Origin: Candidatus Multivoradales bacterium
GTDB taxonomy: Bacteria; Acidobacteriota; Thermoanaerobaculia; Multivoradales; J023
Length of the DNA: 64,000 bases
Direction of reading: 5' to 3'
NCBI GenBank assembly: GCA_965248925.1
Contig: CBDFLE010000006.1
Coordinates: forward strand, 3,872,001 to 3,936,000
Shown: in pieces, positions 9,852 to 19,415 of the stretch
How the letters are laid out: every line of letters begins with the position of its first letter
Numbering within the stretch: position 1 is the stretch's first letter
The notes under the pieces: generated by a model
Seen by the model: only the letters and a program-made list of their open reading frames with translations
Database searches by the model: none
What the model was told of the DNA's origin: nothing
Translations under genes and position numbers: made by a program

Positions 9852-10909
9852 GCCGCCTCCTCGTCCCGACTGCGACCGCTCTTCCCGCCGAACAGCTGTC
9901 GTAGCCGGAAACGACGCTCGTCCATGCTCATGTAGAGCAGTCGTTGCCCGACTCTCACGGCCCACTCGCGGCGTCGCAGGCCGCGGTATTGGATAGCGTA
10001 GGCGGTGGGCTCTCGATCGAGAATCCGAGCGTAATTCGGGCAGCGGGCTGTTGCCGGCCGGGGTAGGCCGTGGCGATCGTGGCGCAAGCCGCGGGCTTGC
10101 CAGCTCCAACCACCTCGGCCGAGCTGCCCGTCGAGCACCAGGCCGCGCCGCGCCTGGGGGTGAAATCGATAGTGATAGCCGCGAGCTTCGCGGAATCCAG
10201 GGAAGAGAAAGTTGCCCAATCCATAGTAGATCGATGCCTTGCCATGGCGCTCGAAGCCGAGGGGCACATGGGTGTGGGCCGCCACCACTAGGTCGGCGCC
10301 GGCGTCGGCCAAGCGTCGCGCGTCGCGGCGCTGCTCGGCATCTGGGAAGCGCACGTATTCCTCTCCCCAATGCAACACCGCCCACACCCAGTCGGCTCGC
10401 TCGGCGGCTTGGTGCACTTCTTGGACGGCGCGTTCGATGGCCAACTCGTTAACCCCGGCGTGCTGGTCTCTGGCGGCCTGGGCGCCGACCCGTGGCGCAG
10501 TCTCCGCCCAGCCCAGTATCGCGAGTCGTCCGGCGTCCAGGTCGAGCTCGAGAGGTTGCCGCGCAGCCCGCTGATCCATGCCGGCGCCGACCTGGCGCAA
10601 GCCCCGGCGGTCGAGCTCGGCGAGGGTGGCTTGGGTACCGCCCGCGCCGAAATCGCTGAGGTGATTCGAAGCGGTCACTGCGACGGTGGTCTGGCCGAGG
10701 TGCAGTGCCTCTAAATGCTCAGCGGTGAAGGCCAGACAGGTTTGCCTCGGTCGCGGTGGACCCGCGGCGAGGGCGGCATCGAGAGTGAAGAGAAAGATCT
10801 CCGGCTGTTCAGTGACGCCGCAGGCGGCTAGCAAAGCGCCGCGGTCGGCGGCGGAGGGATAGACATCACCAGCGATCAGCGCCCGCGGCGGTGGCGTCGA
10901 GTGTCTCAT
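9848..10909 (-). CDS. CapA/PgsA (PGA_cap) family metallophosphoesterase-like protein
   Basis: AGDV, ASNHLSDFG, LHWGEEY, AHTHVP and YGLGNFLF motifs. Confidence 0.88.
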   Translation of the reverse strand: MRHSTPPPRALIAGDVYPSAADRGALLAACGVTEQPEIFLFTLDAALAAGPPRPRQTCLAFTAEHLEALHLGQTTVAVTASNHLSDFGAGGTQATLAELDRRGLRQVGAGMDQRAARQPLELDLDAGRLAILGWAETAPRVGAQAARDQHAGVNELAIERAVQEVHQAAERADWVWAVLHWGEEYVRFPDAEQRRDARRLADAGADLVVAAHTHVPLGFERHGKASIYYGLGNFLFPGFREARGYHYRFHPQARRGLVLDGQLGRGGWSWQARGLRHDRHGLPRPATARCPNYARILDREPTAYAIQYRGLRRREWAVRVGQRLLYMSMDERRFRLRQLFGGKSGRSRDEEAA

Positions 10910-10915
10910 CGCCTT

Positions 10916-12622
10916 CTAGCTTCTATCTTGCTTCGAAACCAGAAATTCGCCAAGCTGCAAATATTCGAGCCCTGAGCCTTGGAGCACATCGATGGCTTCT
11001 TCGCCGGTGCGGACGATGGGGAAGCCATGCAAATTGAACGAAGTGTTGAGCAGCACACCGCGGCCGGTGCGCTCGGCGAAAGCGTCGAGAATAGCCGACA
11101 GCTCCGGGTTCTGGTCGCGGCGCAAGACCTGCGCCCGGCAGGTGCGGTCGACATCGTGCACCGCCGCCGCCAGGTCGGCGGAATTCTCGCGGGTGTCGAA
11201 AGTCATCATCATGTAGGGGCTAGGCAGCTGCTTGTCGTTGACCACGTACTCCTGGTGGCGCTCTTCCGTAACCATCGGAGCGAAGGGCATCCAGAAATCT
11301 CGCTTCTTAACCATGTGATTGATCACCTTGACCACGTCGGTGTGGATCGGATCGGCCAGAATCGAGCGATTGCCGAGAGCCCGAGCGCCAAACTCCATCC
11401 GCCCGGCACAGCGGGCCACGGGATGACCGGCGATCAGCAGCTCGGCAACCGCCGCCGCCATGTCGTCGGGCTGCTCGCAGTGCAGGCCGCTGGCGGTGAT
11501 CGAACGGCGGATTTCTTCAGGATCAAGATCGCCCCCGAGGTAGAAATGGCGCAGGCTCTCGACCTGCTGGTGGCCGAAGCGTTCGGCCGCTTTCAGGTAG
11601 TAGGCGCCGAGGGGTAGGGTCTCGTCGCCGCAGGAGGGGAAGGCTTCGAACGACTCGACCGCTTCGAGTTCGGCAATGCGCTGATTGGCTTTGACGTTCA
11701 TGAACACGCCGCCAGCCGCCAGCACTCTGCCGATGCCGGTCCTGCGGACGGCGTTGTCGACCCATTGGCAGAGTAGCGCTTCGGTAAAGCGTTGCAGCCC
11801 AGCCGCCAGGTAGTCAAAGCGCTTGGCGCGAAAATCGCGGTGCAGGCGGTCGGAGATGTTGGAGATCCGTTCGGAAATCTTGCGCTCGAAAGATAGTCCG
11901 CTGGGGTCGAGCCCGAGATAGGCGCGGAACAGCTCGGCGTGTTGGGCGGTCGGCCCCTCGCCGACATAAGGGGCCATACCCATCAGCTTGTACTCATGCT
12001 CGAAGGGAACAAAGCCTTGGCTGTAGGTCACCCAAGCCCACAGAGCACCCAGCGAATGCGCCATCGAGGTTTCCGCCACCACTCGGTCCTCACCCCCGCC
12101 CATCACCCGGACCGTGGCGCAGAGGGTGTCGCCGGAGCCGTCGCAGGTCAGCACCAGGTAGCTTTCGTCGGCATCGCGGCGCAGGCCGTAATAAGCGGTG
12201 GCCGCATGCGCCGTATGGTGATCGACCCGCTCCAGCGGCACCTCGCCGAGGCCGCTCTGGCGCAGCAGGCGGTCGAACCCTTTGTGACCGTAGGTCGGCA
12301 GCATGGCGATGGCCAGCGGCATCAGCACCCGCTGACGAATTCTGCCCAAGGTGGTGCTGTGGCGTTCGGCGGACTTCAACACATCCTCGCGGGCATGGTA
12401 GCGGGTCGACACGCGGATGCCGCCCGAGACTACTAACGCCAGGTCAGCCGGGCTCGCCCCAACCGCTTCCAAGCAGGCGGTGATCGAACGGCTCGGAAAG
12501 CCCCAGAAATTCTTCTCACCCGTCAACCGCTCCTCCTGGATGGCGAAACGCAGCTGCTGACGGTTGCCGATCGCGGCGCTGGCATTGTGGCCGGCGCGTA
12601 GGGCGAGGATGTAGTCGGACAT
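10916..12622 (-). CDS. Carbamoyltransferase, NodU/CmcH/TobZ family
   Basis: HNASAA, QEERL, HHTAHAATAYY, DGSGD, EYKLMGMAPY, GGVFMNVKAN, EFGARALGNRSIL, NTSFNLHG. Start MSDYIL at 12622. Confidence 0.93.
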   Translation of the reverse strand: MSDYILALRAGHNASAAIGNRQQLRFAIQEERLTGEKNFWGFPSRSITACLEAVGASPADLALVVSGGIRVSTRYHAREDVLKSAERHSTTLGRIRQRVLMPLAIAMLPTYGHKGFDRLLRQSGLGEVPLERVDHHTAHAATAYYGLRRDADESYLVLTCDGSGDTLCATVRVMGGGEDRVVAETSMAHSLGALWAWVTYSQGFVPFEHEYKLMGMAPYVGEGPTAQHAELFRAYLGLDPSGLSFERKISERISNISDRLHRDFRAKRFDYLAAGLQRFTEALLCQWVDNAVRRTGIGRVLAAGGVFMNVKANQRIAELEAVESFEAFPSCGDETLPLGAYYLKAAERFGHQQVESLRHFYLGGDLDPEEIRRSITASGLHCEQPDDMAAAVAELLIAGHPVARCAGRMEFGARALGNRSILADPIHTDVVKVINHMVKKRDFWMPFAPMVTEERHQEYVVNDKQLPSPYMMMTFDTRENSADLAAAVHDVDRTCRAQVLRRDQNPELSAILDAFAERTGRGVLLNTSFNLHGFPIVRTGEEAIDVLQGSGLEYLQLGEFLVSKQDRS

Positions 12623-12651
12623 TAGGTCGCTTCCCTCTCGTGCAATGACTC

Positions 12652-13851
12652 TCAGTTCGACTGGCCCAAGGCCAGTTGGCATTCTGCCAACAAGGCGTCG
12701 GCCATTCGTTCGACGGTGGTCAGCCGGGCGCGCTGCAAGCCCCCTTCGATCAGCCGCTGGCGCAGCGGCAAGTCGGTAGCAATCTGGCGCAGGGCCGCGG
12801 CCAAGGCAGCCGGGTCGCCGACCGGCACCAGCAGACCATCCCGACCGTCATCTACCGAGGTCGGGATGCCGCCCACCGCGCTGGCCACCACTGGGCAGCC
12901 CAGTGCCCGCGCTTCGACTAACACCCGTGGTGTTCCCTCATTGCGACTCGGCAATGCCAATACATCGGCATCGGCATAGCAGCGAAAAAGGTCGTCGCCG
13001 AAGTTCTTGTGGCCGAGGAAGGAAATCTGTCCTCGGCTCTGCAAATCGTCGATCGCCGAATTCAGCATGGCCGAGATGCCACGGTCGAGCAGCTCCCGAC
13101 CGCCAACGATGTGGAGCTCGGCCTCGGGCTGGTGCTCGAGCAGCAGGCGGAAGGCGTCGATCATCACGTCGATGCCTTTCTCATGCCGCAGATAGCCGAC
13201 AAACAACACTCTGAAAGGGGCTGCGGCCGGTCGTTGACGTCTGACCGAGAGGATCTCACGTTCGAGCATCGAGGAGGAGACTAAGGCTCTTCCCAGAGGC
13301 TGGCCGTAGTGCTCGCGCAGGTGTTCGCCGTGGGTGACCGCGCGGGTGTTCGGGGCAGTCAGCAGGCGCTGCTGTAAGCGATCGATGAAGTGGCCCATGG
13401 CCAGCGCCGTCGGTCGCCTGAGACCGCCGTACCAGGTCGAAGTCCGGGCTTGCTGCAGGATGTCGGCACAGAGATGGTAGACCCGCGGTTTGCGGCCGCC
13501 GAGCAGGGCCAGGGGGGCGGCAAAAGGGAGCTGAACCAACAGCACATCGCAGCGTTGTTCCAACTGGCGGACAATGCGGCGACAGGCGCGCGCTTGGGCG
13601 AAGCCGCGAGCCAGTGACACCAAATGCGGCAAGGCTCGGAACTGTTCCACTGGCAAGTGCTCGAGACGGTGGTCTTGCAGGGGTTTTTGCCGGGGAACGG
13701 CGCATAGTGCCAACTCCAGCGTACGGCAGCGCGAGGCGAGGTGATCCACCACCCGGCCAAGGCCAGCGTCGGTCCACACGCCATCCTCGGCCAGGTAAGC
13801 CGAGCGGGCGCTGAGGAAACCTAGCCGCAGGTCGGCATCGGGTCGGTTCAC
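12652..13851 (-). CDS. Glycosyltransferase family 4
   Basis: LFVGYLRHEKG and LPSRNEGTPRVLVEARALGCPVVAS. Confidence 0.9.
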   Translation of the reverse strand: MNRPDADLRLGFLSARSAYLAEDGVWTDAGLGRVVDHLASRCRTLELALCAVPRQKPLQDHRLEHLPVEQFRALPHLVSLARGFAQARACRRIVRQLEQRCDVLLVQLPFAAPLALLGGRKPRVYHLCADILQQARTSTWYGGLRRPTALAMGHFIDRLQQRLLTAPNTRAVTHGEHLREHYGQPLGRALVSSSMLEREILSVRRQRPAAAPFRVLFVGYLRHEKGIDVMIDAFRLLLEHQPEAELHIVGGRELLDRGISAMLNSAIDDLQSRGQISFLGHKNFGDDLFRCYADADVLALPSRNEGTPRVLVEARALGCPVVASAVGGIPTSVDDGRDGLLVPVGDPAALAAALRQIATDLPLRQRLIEGGLQRARLTTVERMADALLAECQLALGQSN

Positions 13852-15161
13852 CGCCGCGGCCCTTCATCCATCAACGTCGCTCGAGGCTCGGGCGGCGGCT
13901 CGCTGCTTGGCCAGCTGCCCACCTGCCACAGACCGTCGGCCATGGTCAAACCGAGCACCAAGCCGAAGGCCATCGAAAAGCTCGGCGAGTAGAGAATCTC
14001 GCGCGAAAACATGCCCCGTGCCAGCCACAAGATCAGCAGCATGCGCAGTAGGTCGTGGTGGTGCGCCTGGGTCGGATTCAGCACCAGCAGACGAGCGAAG
14101 TTGGGCGGCCGGCGCCATAGCGCGGTGGCGCTTGCCAGCAAGGCCAAGAAAGTCAGTAAGCCGCAGCCCCCGGCGACAAATGCCAGGACATTGTGGGGAT
14201 CGATGGCCAAGGCACGTACCTTAGCCCTCTTGGCTAGTTCAAAAGGTAGCCGGCGCGGTGAGGCGCCGAGAATCGGCTGTGCCAGCGCGATCTCGAAAGA
14301 GGTGGTGATCAGGCGTAGCCGCAGCTCGTCGGAGCTATAGCCCTGAACCGACTGCTCGACGCGATATTCGAAAGTGCCAGTCGAGGAAAACCGGTTCAGC
14401 GCCCAATAGCTGGCACAAGCGAGCAGGACGATGGCGATGCTCGCTTTGACCCGTTGTTTGCCGCCAAACATCAGCAAGCCGATCAGCGCCACCCCCAGCC
14501 AACCGGAGCGATTGGCGCTGGCGAAAATGCCTGCCACTGAGGCGATGACGCTGGCCGCGAGGGGCAGGCGAACCCACTTGGTGGTGGTCTTGTCGAGTAG
14601 CAGATGTGCCGCCATCAGGATCGCTGGCAGGGTGTAGAGCGAAAGTGCGTTCTTGTTGGCGACCTGTTCGAGGGGATTGATGCCGGCTAGGCCAGCGCTG
14701 GTCAGCAGGCCGCGTAGCGATAGAAGACTGGCGGCTGCCGCCAGCCCCAGCACGCCGGCGCGATAGTCTGAGAAGTTGCGTACCAGCAAGGTGGTGACGA
14801 CGATAGTAAACAAGGATGCGCAGATCTTGATGATCTCGCTGATGTGCGCGCCACCTTGGGTACAGGCAAGGCAGTAGAGGCCCAGGAAAATTAGCAGAGG
14901 CCGCAGGACCCGACCGGGAAAAAGCTGAATTCGCGTTCCGCCGACCAGCACTCCGAGGGCCAGCAAGGGAATCAAATAGGGGTGGACCAGCAGGCGACCG
15001 AACTCCAAGCGGAGGCCGCGAAATGCTGAGCCGGCGATCAGCAAGGCGACCAGGAAGAGGGAGAATCCATAGGGAGTTACCTGGTCGTACCAGTGCGTTT
15101 TTGCGGCTACCGGGGGCGTCAGCTGAGATACTTCCGGCAAAGTCTGGGGGCCGCGTTTCAT
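13848..15161 (-). CDS. Wzy polymerase / O-antigen ligase family membrane protein
   Basis: About 10-11 hydrophobic segments, NKN, SANRSGW, PILG and DPHN motifs, located among glycosyltransferases. Confidence 0.78.
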   Translation of the reverse strand: MKRGPQTLPEVSQLTPPVAAKTHWYDQVTPYGFSLFLVALLIAGSAFRGLRLEFGRLLVHPYLIPLLALGVLVGGTRIQLFPGRVLRPLLIFLGLYCLACTQGGAHISEIIKICASLFTIVVTTLLVRNFSDYRAGVLGLAAAASLLSLRGLLTSAGLAGINPLEQVANKNALSLYTLPAILMAAHLLLDKTTTKWVRLPLAASVIASVAGIFASANRSGWLGVALIGLLMFGGKQRVKASIAIVLLACASYWALNRFSSTGTFEYRVEQSVQGYSSDELRLRLITTSFEIALAQPILGASPRRLPFELAKRAKVRALAIDPHNVLAFVAGGCGLLTFLALLASATALWRRPPNFARLLVLNPTQAHHHDLLRMLLILWLARGMFSREILYSPSFSMAFGLVLGLTMADGLWQVGSWPSSEPPPEPRATLMDEGPRR

Positions 15162-16207
15162 GGCTGCCGCTCAGCTTGTTGTCGGGCGTAGGCGCGGGCC
15201 GCGATCCAGCTGCCCACCGGCCCGAGAGCGAGCAGCCAGCCTAGGGCGGAAGCCTTGCGATTGCGGCGCAGATGCCAGGGATAGGTGGCCTGGCCGAAGC
15301 GCAGGATCCGCCGAGCTCGAGCGCTTTGGCCGCGGGCCAGGGTAGCCAGGCCGTGGCGGCCGATATCGTGCTCGATAAATGCGCCTTCGAGTTCTTGTCG
15401 CTCGAGGCCCAAGCGGTCGAGCAGGGCGCCGTCCAATTCAAGGGTTGAAGCGTACTCGTCGGCCAGGTGCTTGAGAGCGCCGGTGACGGCCTGCTGCGCA
15501 CTTTGGTTGGCGGCGTGCCAGCGGTAGGCGAAGAGCGGCTGGTCGATAAAGTAGGCCCTCTTGGCGGCACCGAGCAAGCGCCAATGGAACCATTTGTCGG
15601 GGTTGATCAGTCGACCGCCGCCATAGCCTTCGACGGCTTGGTAGAGCGCTCTGGGGTAGGCGGTGGCGGCGAAATTGAACGGATTGCGCATCCGTCGCAG
15701 CGAGCGTCGTAGTAGCTCGTCGGCTGGCAGACAGTAGACCGGAGCGTCGAGGACCTGGCTTAGAGTCGGGTCGAGATCCTCTGGGCGCCACAGCTCACGA
15801 TCGGGTCCCAACTTGCCGGTGGTGTTGTCGTCGGCATCGATGATGTCCATGGTCGAGCTGACCACAGTCGTGGCGGCCTGGTCGCCGAGCCTGGTGAACA
15901 GCTGGCTATAAGTCGCGAGAGCGCCGGCTCGTATTAAGTCGTCAGAGGACAGCAGGATCATCACTTCGCCCACAGCCATGCCGGCGGCCCGATCTAAGTT
16001 GCCGCCAAAACCGACGTTGCAGCGGTTCACCCGCAGCCGCACTCGGGGATCGCCGCCCGCCCGCACGATCTCCACTGAGCGATCCTCTGAGGCGTTGTCG
16101 GCGATAACCACCTCGAGGTCGGTGTGTGACTGCTCAAGCACGCTGGCCAGAGTCTTGCCCAAATAGCGTTCGTAGTTGTAGTTCGGGATGCAGATCGAGA
16201 ACTTCAT
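15158..16207 (-). CDS. Glycosyltransferase family 2
   Basis: SICIPNYNYERYL, DNASED, SSDD and YRWH. Confidence 0.92.
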   Translation of the reverse strand: MKFSICIPNYNYERYLGKTLASVLEQSHTDLEVVIADNASEDRSVEIVRAGGDPRVRLRVNRCNVGFGGNLDRAAGMAVGEVMILLSSDDLIRAGALATYSQLFTRLGDQAATTVVSSTMDIIDADDNTTGKLGPDRELWRPEDLDPTLSQVLDAPVYCLPADELLRRSLRRMRNPFNFAATAYPRALYQAVEGYGGGRLINPDKWFHWRLLGAAKRAYFIDQPLFAYRWHAANQSAQQAVTGALKHLADEYASTLELDGALLDRLGLERQELEGAFIEHDIGRHGLATLARGQSARARRILRFGQATYPWHLRRNRKASALGWLLALGPVGSWIAARAYARQQAERQP

Positions 16208-17439
16208 GCCGTTGCGCCGGGTTGTGAGTTCGTTCGGCTTCGGCCGAGGGGCCGGGCCATAGCTCGACGATATACCTTTGCCATGCGGCCGGCACAGTTT
16301 TCGAGGGAGTAGCGCTGCTCGGCCCGCTGCCTCCCATTCTTGCCAAGACTTTGGCGCAGATCACTATCGCTTGCCAGGCGTTCAATCGCTGTCGCCAGGG
16401 CCTGGGCATTGTTCGGTGGCACCAGCAGTCCAGTGACACCGTCCTCGACCAACTCGCCAACGCCGCCGTCGGCTACCCCGACCACTGGTAAACCGGCGGC
16501 CATCGCTTCGACCACGATACGGCCAAAAGACTCGACGGCGGTGGGATGCACCAGCAGGTCGATCTCGGCCATGATCCGGCTTGGTGGCTCGACGAAACCG
16601 CAGAAGCGCAAGCGCTCGCCCAACCCCAAGGCCCGGCTGCGGCGGCGCAACTCCTCGACATAGGGATCGCCAGCTGACGCATGGCCGTAGAGGCGCAGTT
16701 CGATCGCCAGTGTCGGGTCGAGCAAGGCGGCGGCTTCGAGCACTAGATGATGTTGTTTCCAGCGCGAACTGAGGTTGGCGACCATGGCGACGATCAGCGG
16801 CTCGGTGGTCGTTCGGGTTCTTGGGCGACAAACCTCGAATTGGCTCAGATCGATACCATTTTCAACCACCCGCAGCTGATCCTCGTCCAGCCATCCATCG
16901 ATGGTTCGAGCTGTAAAATGGGAGTTGGCGACCAAGACAGAACAGCGCGAGCGCAGGTAGCGGCCGAAGGAAGCGCCTTCGCGGGGCATGCGGAACGGGT
17001 TTCCCGGCCCGACCAATTCACGCAGGTGCCAGACATGCGCCAAGCCGAGGGCTTGAGCCGCTGCTGCCCCTTCTGGGTTGAGGATGGTGTTGGTGTGGAT
17101 CAGCTCGACTTCTTGTTTGGCGGCGAACTCTGCGACCCAGCGTCGAGAAGCGCGGCCCCAGCCGGTTGCTATCAGCTGCCGGGCTTCGATCAGTGGACGT
17201 TTCCACAGCTTGGCTCGGCTGCGGCGATGCCAGAAATAGAGCGGGGCAAACAATACCCGGCCGGCGAAAGCCTCTCGCACCATCGCCCGTTCGGCACTGG
17301 TGCCAGCGCTGTGGCAAACCGCCGAAGAGGTGATTCCATGGTCGGCCAGAGCTTCGGCCAAGCCGCAAGTCGACATCGCTGCACCGCCACCGGCTCCATT
17401 GAGCACATGCAATACCCGGCGGGGAAGCTCAGTGCTCAA
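16204..17439 (-). CDS. Glycosyltransferase family 4
   Basis: HTNT, WHLRE, ENGID and ESFGRIVVEAMAAGLPVV. Confidence 0.92.
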   Translation of the reverse strand: MSTELPRRVLHVLNGAGGGAAMSTCGLAEALADHGITSSAVCHSAGTSAERAMVREAFAGRVLFAPLYFWHRRSRAKLWKRPLIEARQLIATGWGRASRRWVAEFAAKQEVELIHTNTILNPEGAAAAQALGLAHVWHLRELVGPGNPFRMPREGASFGRYLRSRCSVLVANSHFTARTIDGWLDEDQLRVVENGIDLSQFEVCRPRTRTTTEPLIVAMVANLSSRWKQHHLVLEAAALLDPTLAIELRLYGHASAGDPYVEELRRRSRALGLGERLRFCGFVEPPSRIMAEIDLLVHPTAVESFGRIVVEAMAAGLPVVGVADGGVGELVEDGVTGLLVPPNNAQALATAIERLASDSDLRQSLGKNGRQRAEQRYSLENCAGRMAKVYRRAMARPLGRSRTNSQPGATA

Positions 17440-18158
17440 CCGGTGTATCCCTGCTCGAACTTTGCCAGCTCCTCCGGTGTGCCCAACACCCAGACTTCCC
17501 GTGCCACGTCCAGCACCAGGTGGGCACCCTTTGCGATCATGCGATTGTAGACTGGGATGACGTAGAACTCACCGCCGCTGCGATCATCTTGGCTAATCAT
17601 GGCCTCGGCGTGCTCGACGAAATCGCTGCCATGGCGGAAGAGATAGAGCCCGGTGGAGGCCCAATCAGAGATGCGCCGTTTCTCGGCCGTTTCCACCACC
17701 CGGCCGCTGGCATCGACCCGGGCGAAGCTCCAGCGTTCGCCGGGTGCTTGGAAAACCCCCAGCACGCCATCGACCTCCGATGGCAGCCCACTCAGTGTTT
17801 CGTCGAGTGAGCTACGGCAGAAAGTGTCGGCGTTGTAGATCAGCAGCGGTTCTGGAGAGTCGATGTAGGAGCGAGCTTCGAGTACCGTCGCGGCCTGCCC
17901 GGCGGTGACTTGGTCGAGAGGGACTATCACCGGGTCAAGGTGGCCGTAGCGTTGTTCGATATCTGCTTCCAGCCGCCGGCCTTCGAGGTGCTCGCGCAGG
18001 CAGACAAAGATCAGCCGCCGCGCCAGATTGAGTGGCAAGCTATCCACCGCCCAGCTGTACATCGGTCGGCCGCGCACCTCGATCAGCGGCTTGGGAACTC
18101 GGTGGCCGGCATCGTGGAAACGGCGGCCGGCTCCGGCCATGGGAATGACGATGTTCAT
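17436..18158 (-). CDS. Sugar-phosphate nucleotidyltransferase (NTP_transferase family)
   Basis: IPMAGAGRRF, PKPLI, GQAATV, YNAD, AEKRRIS, GEFYV and LGTPEEL. Confidence 0.9.
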   Translation of the reverse strand: MNIVIPMAGAGRRFHDAGHRVPKPLIEVRGRPMYSWAVDSLPLNLARRLIFVCLREHLEGRRLEADIEQRYGHLDPVIVPLDQVTAGQAATVLEARSYIDSPEPLLIYNADTFCRSSLDETLSGLPSEVDGVLGVFQAPGERWSFARVDASGRVVETAEKRRISDWASTGLYLFRHGSDFVEHAEAMISQDDRSGGEFYVIPVYNRMIAKGAHLVLDVAREVWVLGTPEELAKFEQGYTG

Positions 18159-18380
18159 CTCAGAATTCCTCCTACTGTCGGCGCGCCGCGGGCTTCGCGG
18201 TAGGCGCTACTCAGTTCTACCCTTCGGGGTTACGGCTGGAATTACCGCTAGCGGGCAACACCAGCGTGGCTAGCCGAGAGCTTGAGATGAGAACTACGAC
18301 GAGATCACTGGGTGGGGGGAAACCTACCACGGCCTCGAGACCGCGGGTTGGCTAGATTGGCCGGCTGAGGCCGTCTGTTT

Positions 18381-18569
18381 TCAGCCTCCGGTCGTGAGCG
18401 CTATCTTGGCCTTGCGCATGGCGGCGCCGACCCGGCGGCTGAGATCGGTCGCGCTGCGGCTATTCCAACCCGAAGCACGGTAGACCACGACGCCTTGATG
18501 ATCGACCACTGTGTGAGTTGGCGTAGGTTGGGGTTGGGGGAACGCTGTCACCTGAAACACGGCGCTGCC
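18381..18569 (-). pseudogene. C-terminal remnant of a TlpA/redoxin gene, paralogous to 29055..30140
   Basis: Translates to GSAVFQVTAFP...THTVVDHQGVVVYRASGWNSRSATDLSRRVGAAMRKAKIAL, versus GSVFQVRKFPTHLVVDHQGVVVYRSSGWGSRSAADLSRQIGVAVRKAKRAL in the intact gene. Confidence 0.85.
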
Positions 18570-18738
18570 TTTAACTCTATATAGGCGCAGCGGCAGCTGA
18601 AACGTTACCGCAGCTCAGCAGTCCATAGCGGCGAGCAGTGTTTCACCATACCGAGGTAATCGCGACGCTCTGATTCCAGACCTCCTGACCTACCCCTCCT
18701 AACCCTCTGAAAACACAGGACCGCCCCTCAGAGGTGGT

Positions 18739-19415
18739 GCGGACCCAAAACTGTCCGCTTTTTTCGGTGCCGAGGCATGATCGAGCATGGCACTGACGAG
18801 CGAGCACACCGTCCTGTTCCCAGACCACGCCGGGGTCCCCGATGGGGTTGTGGTGATCAACGACCGCTGCCGCCTCCAGCAGAGGGGCGGCTATCGGGTG
18901 GTGGTGGTCAGCGGCATGCCGCTCGCTCACTTCGCTGCCGGCGACAGGACAGGCGAGGCCCACGCGATGGTGAGTCTCGTTGAATTGGGCTGGGCACAGC
19001 AACGCGAGGTGGCCCTTGCGTTCGCTTGTGATGTGCGGACTGTGCGCCGGAATCAGCGCCGCTTCGAAGAAGGTGGGCTGGCTGCTCTGGGCCGGCCGCG
19101 CGGTTTTCCCCGGGGTCAGTCTCGGGTAGCGCAGGGCCGCCTGGACGCGGTCAACGGCTGGAAGGCCGAGGGTGTGTCGAATCGCGAGATTGGCCGGCGG
19201 CTGGGCATCGATGAGAAGGCCGTTCGCAAGCTCGCCAAGCGCCTGGGCTGGAAAGAGCGGTCGGTAGTGCAGATGACGATGCCCTTCGAGAGTGCGGACC
19301 CAAAACTGTCCGCCTCTGATGAGCAGCAGGTCGACGGCCCCCTGAAAACTGCGGATCTTGCGCTCGACGCTGAGGGTGGCGGTGACCCAGCGGCTGCGGA
19401 CCCAAAACTGTCCGC
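18739..19415. repeat. Three identical 20-bp palindromic boxes GCGGAC-CCAAAACT-GTCCGC inside the IS
   Basis: Copies at 18739-18758 (upstream of the start codon), 19294-19313 and 19396-19415 (both in the CDS, encoding ADPKLSA). Confidence 0.93.

Noticed and set aside
9848-10909. Poly-gamma-glutamate capsule synthesis
   Set aside because: Only a CapA-like gene is present. There is no capB/capC ligase in the window.
18739-19415. Three 20-bp palindromic repeats as a CRISPR array
   Set aside because: Spacing is irregular (555 and 102 bp), two copies are in-frame within a transposase, and no cas genes are present.
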